NCBI GenBank assembly: GCA_963770995.1
Contig: CAVYRS010000001.1
Span: forward strand, 79,575-143,574
DNA length: 64,000 bases
Direction of reading: 5' to 3'
Source: an uncultured Acidobacteriota bacterium
Lineage (GTDB): Bacteria; Acidobacteriota; Vicinamibacteria; Vicinamibacterales; CAVVIG01
The first letter of the stretch is position 1; every line of letters starts with the position of its first letter. The notes under the pieces are model-generated. The model saw only the letters and a list, made by a program, of their open reading frames with translations, did not search any database and was not told where the DNA came from. Shown here in pieces: positions 61,350 through 64,000 of this stretch. A program made the position numbers and the translations under genes.

Positions 61350-63827
61350 TTACCGCGCGGAGCCGAAGACAAAACCGATCGAGCGTTCGATGGGGTTGTA
61401 GAACCTGCCGAAATCGGGAGACGTCAGGTTGTGCTGCACATCGCGCTCCCCCGCCGCTCCGAAGACGTTGTACATCTTCAGGCCGGCTCTGAAGCGGCGC
61501 GAGCCGACCTTCCAGGGCCGCGACAGTGAGAAATCCAGCGTCTGGACGCGAGGCAGCCGGCCGGCACGGTTTCGCGGGCCGACGAAGTCCTGAAACTCAT
61601 TGACCGCCGACCACGGGAACCCGGATCGCACCTCCAGCACGGGCGCCAGATCCCAGCGCCCCGGCAAACCCAGCGTGCCGCGCACGAGCAGCCGGTGCCG
61701 GACGTCGGTCGGGATCAGATTGCGCTCGTTCACGCGAACGACCGGGTTGCGCAGGTTGCCGAAGAACTGATCGTAGCCGTTGAGATCCGCGATGCCGTTG
61801 GCTGATACGTACGAGACGGTGAGGTCCCGCCGCTCGCCTCCCAGATACCGCGCCGTCGCCTCGAGCTCCCGATACCGCGACGCGCCCGTGCTCGACAGCC
61901 GCAGTTCTCCCCGGCCGGGATCGGGCGACAGAATGAACTCGTGGGAGCCCTGACGCCTCAGAAACGCGGCCTTCAGCAGCAACCGGCGCCCAAACCGCTG
62001 GTTCCATTCGACGTTGGCGACATTCGCTTCGGGTGTTCGCAGAACGCCGTCGATGACATTGCGGAACGCGATGGCCGGACCCAACGACGACCCGTCCGGA
62101 AGAAATCGAGCGACCGTTCGCGATTCGTAGTGCGTGAAGGCGCCGACGTTCAACGGTGTCCGCTGCACGAAGTTGCCATACCCGCCGCGCAGAATGCCGC
62201 GGCCCTCGGGCAGGATGCTGATGCCCACGCCGGCCCGGGGTGAGTAGTTGATGCGCTCGACGATCTGATCGCGATCCAGACGCATGCCGAATTCGAAGGT
62301 CACGCGTGAGCCGACGCGCCAACGATCCTGGGCGAACACGGCGAATTCCGCTCCGCTGACGTTTTGCTCTGTCCGCCCGCCGAACACCGTCCGCTCCGCG
62401 AGCGAGCCGTCGAGTCGCCGGATCTCCACCGGCCGGCTGGCGCTGAAGCCCTTGAAATCGGACTGCTGCAGATCGATGCCGACTTTCGAGACGTGGTCCC
62501 CCCGAAACAGATGATGCGAAAAGCTGAGCGCTTCGACCCATTGGTGGCTGGCGACTTCGCGCTCCTGGTCGTTGAAGAACCGTCCACTCTGGGTCTGTGG
62601 CGCGTACACAATCGGACCTGGATTCTCGGTGTTGACGTTGACCTCAAACCACCGGCCGGAGAGCGTCGTTTCGAGGACGGCGTCCCTTGCAATCGCGAGC
62701 CGATCCACGGCGCCGAGCGATGCGCCGCTTTGATTGACGTCGGGCGTCACCTCGAGGGGGCGAAACGTGTTCATCGTCGCGCCTTTGATCCGCCGTGGGA
62801 ACACAATCAGCCCGCCGCCGAGCGTGTGCCGCGCCGACACGACGCTGTCCACGCGGGTGAACGAGTCGAAGCTTCTCAGCTCCATCTCGGGCTCATCGGG
62901 CAGGCTTCGCACCGGCGTTGTCACATACCGGAACTGCACGTCCTGAGCCAGGAACGCGCGGTCACGTTTGATCGGACCTCGAGCCGAGAAGCGCGGCTCG
63001 AACGCACGCAACTGCGTCAAGGATCGGCGCACGCGCGGGAAAAGATTTCCGGGTTTGAGCTCCCACTCGTTCGTGCCGCGACGGGTCCGAATGCGGGTGA
63101 TGCTCGACGTAAAGCGTCCGTACTCCGCGGCGAACGGATTCGCGAGCACTTCGACCGATTCGATGCTCTGCCCCGGTACTTCGAGATCGGCATCGCCGGT
63201 CGACGGATCGATCAGGCTCGCGCTGCTGATCTGCAGCGCGCTCTGCGTCGGCAGCCCGCCCTTCACGCGCAGGCGGCCGTCGGGACCTCGCACGACGCCG
63301 GGCAACAGCAGCATGAGGTTCTGGAAGTCGTCGCCCAGGAGCGGCGCCACGTCGAGCACCGCGCCCGAGAGCATGTCGCTCATCGAGACGGGCTGCACAC
63401 TGTTGGTGGGCGACGGCATCGGCGATCGGACGTCGATCGTGGGCATGACGAACGTCAGGTGAATGTCGGCCAGCACCTGGGCCACTTCGTTCGCCCGAAC
63501 GTCGAACGGCGCGGAGTCGGCCGGCAGAAAACCGTCCCGCGTGGCCGTGACGACATAGCGGCCGGGCGGCACGTCCGGAAACGTGACCATCCCGGAACCG
63601 TCGGTCATCGTGCTCGCCAGCACCATCGCCTCGGATGCCCGGCGCAGCGTAACCTGCACCCCAGACAGGTTGACGGTTCCGTCGAGCGTCGTGACAGTCA
63701 CGACGACGCGCCCCGTTGTGGCGGGCTGCTGAGCATCACTCGCGGCTGCGCGAACCGCCAGCGCGACGACGAGAAACAAAGATAGGACTGCACGCGCACG
63801 AGAAAGGCGCGCCGCTCGGACAGGCAC
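61350..63827 (-). CDS. TonB-dependent receptor, paralog of 14591-17029
   Basis: TDGSGMVTFPDVPPGRY, LLPGVVRGPDG, FAAEYGRF, FFGNLRNP; start approximate. Confidence 0.86.
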   Translation of the reverse strand: MPVRAARLSRARAVLSLFLVVALAVRAAASDAQQPATTGRVVVTVTTLDGTVNLSGVQVTLRRASEAMVLASTMTDGSGMVTFPDVPPGRYVVTATRDGFLPADSAPFDVRANEVAQVLADIHLTFVMPTIDVRSPMPSPTNSVQPVSMSDMLSGAVLDVAPLLGDDFQNLMLLLPGVVRGPDGRLRVKGGLPTQSALQISSASLIDPSTGDADLEVPGQSIESVEVLANPFAAEYGRFTSSITRIRTRRGTNEWELKPGNLFPRVRRSLTQLRAFEPRFSARGPIKRDRAFLAQDVQFRYVTTPVRSLPDEPEMELRSFDSFTRVDSVVSARHTLGGGLIVFPRRIKGATMNTFRPLEVTPDVNQSGASLGAVDRLAIARDAVLETTLSGRWFEVNVNTENPGPIVYAPQTQSGRFFNDQEREVASHQWVEALSFSHHLFRGDHVSKVGIDLQQSDFKGFSASRPVEIRRLDGSLAERTVFGGRTEQNVSGAEFAVFAQDRWRVGSRVTFEFGMRLDRDQIVERINYSPRAGVGISILPEGRGILRGGYGNFVQRTPLNVGAFTHYESRTVARFLPDGSSLGPAIAFRNVIDGVLRTPEANVANVEWNQRFGRRLLLKAAFLRRQGSHEFILSPDPGRGELRLSSTGASRYRELEATARYLGGERRDLTVSYVSANGIADLNGYDQFFGNLRNPVVRVNERNLIPTDVRHRLLVRGTLGLPGRWDLAPVLEVRSGFPWSAVNEFQDFVGPRNRAGRLPRVQTLDFSLSRPWKVGSRRFRAGLKMYNVFGAAGERDVQHNLTSPDFGRFYNPIERSIGFVFGSAR

Positions 63828-63854
63828 GGCCGGGTACTGTACACTGTCGCGCTC

Positions 63855-64000
63855 ATGCCGCAGAACGCCGCCCCACCCATCCTGCCGACCTTCGACGACG
63901 TCGAATCCGCAGCGCGGCAGATCACCGGTGTCGCGCACCGCACTCCGGTCGCGACATCGCGCACCATCAACGCCCGAACCGGCGCCGACGTGCATTTCAA
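63855..64000 (+). CDS. PLP-dependent threonine dehydratase/serine racemase family, N-terminal part
   Basis: Manual translation MPQNAAPPILPTFDDVESAARQITGVAHRTPVATSRTINARTGADVHF. Confidence 0.82.
   Translation, partial: MPQNAAPPILPTFDDVESAARQITGVAHRTPVATSRTINARTGADVHF

Overview
High-GC bacterial window. Gene content and repeat types suggest Acidobacteriota (Vicinamibacteria-like); this is an inference. Many genes carry single-base frameshifts that look like assembly errors. (1) 1-28 kb: an accessory region with an FhlA-like sigma-54 activator and nine GG-N10-GC promoter candidates, five of them paired with a shared enhancer-like motif. It also has a TonB receptor/CDP-alcohol phosphotransferase/cytidylyltransferase/flippase-like/EEP operon, a tandem Kelch pair whose second copy is fused to a tyrosinase domain, and cusBA. 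(2) 28.2-40.0 kb: an ~11.8 kb element integrated at tRNA-fMet and bounded by a 46-bp direct repeat. It carries a tyrosine integrase, an excisionase, a relaxase-like gene pair next to a perfect 24-bp inverted repeat, several TA modules, a Sel1 protein and a DUF2130-ParB-RES cassette (candidate defence system). (3) 40-64 kb: a cluster with two NTT-family nucleotide transporters, two paralogous membrane Ser/Thr kinases, Ppx/GppA, a POTRA-less Omp85 barrel and an apparently exported atypical kinase-fold protein (candidate extracytoplasmic ATP-use system). It is followed by an NHL/PAL protein, a kinase-TolB propeller, a metallophosphoesterase, NhaA and a second TonB receptor. Several REP-like palindromes occur, two with nested, frame-preserving inserts at gene 5' ends. 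All family calls come from motif recognition, not database searches.
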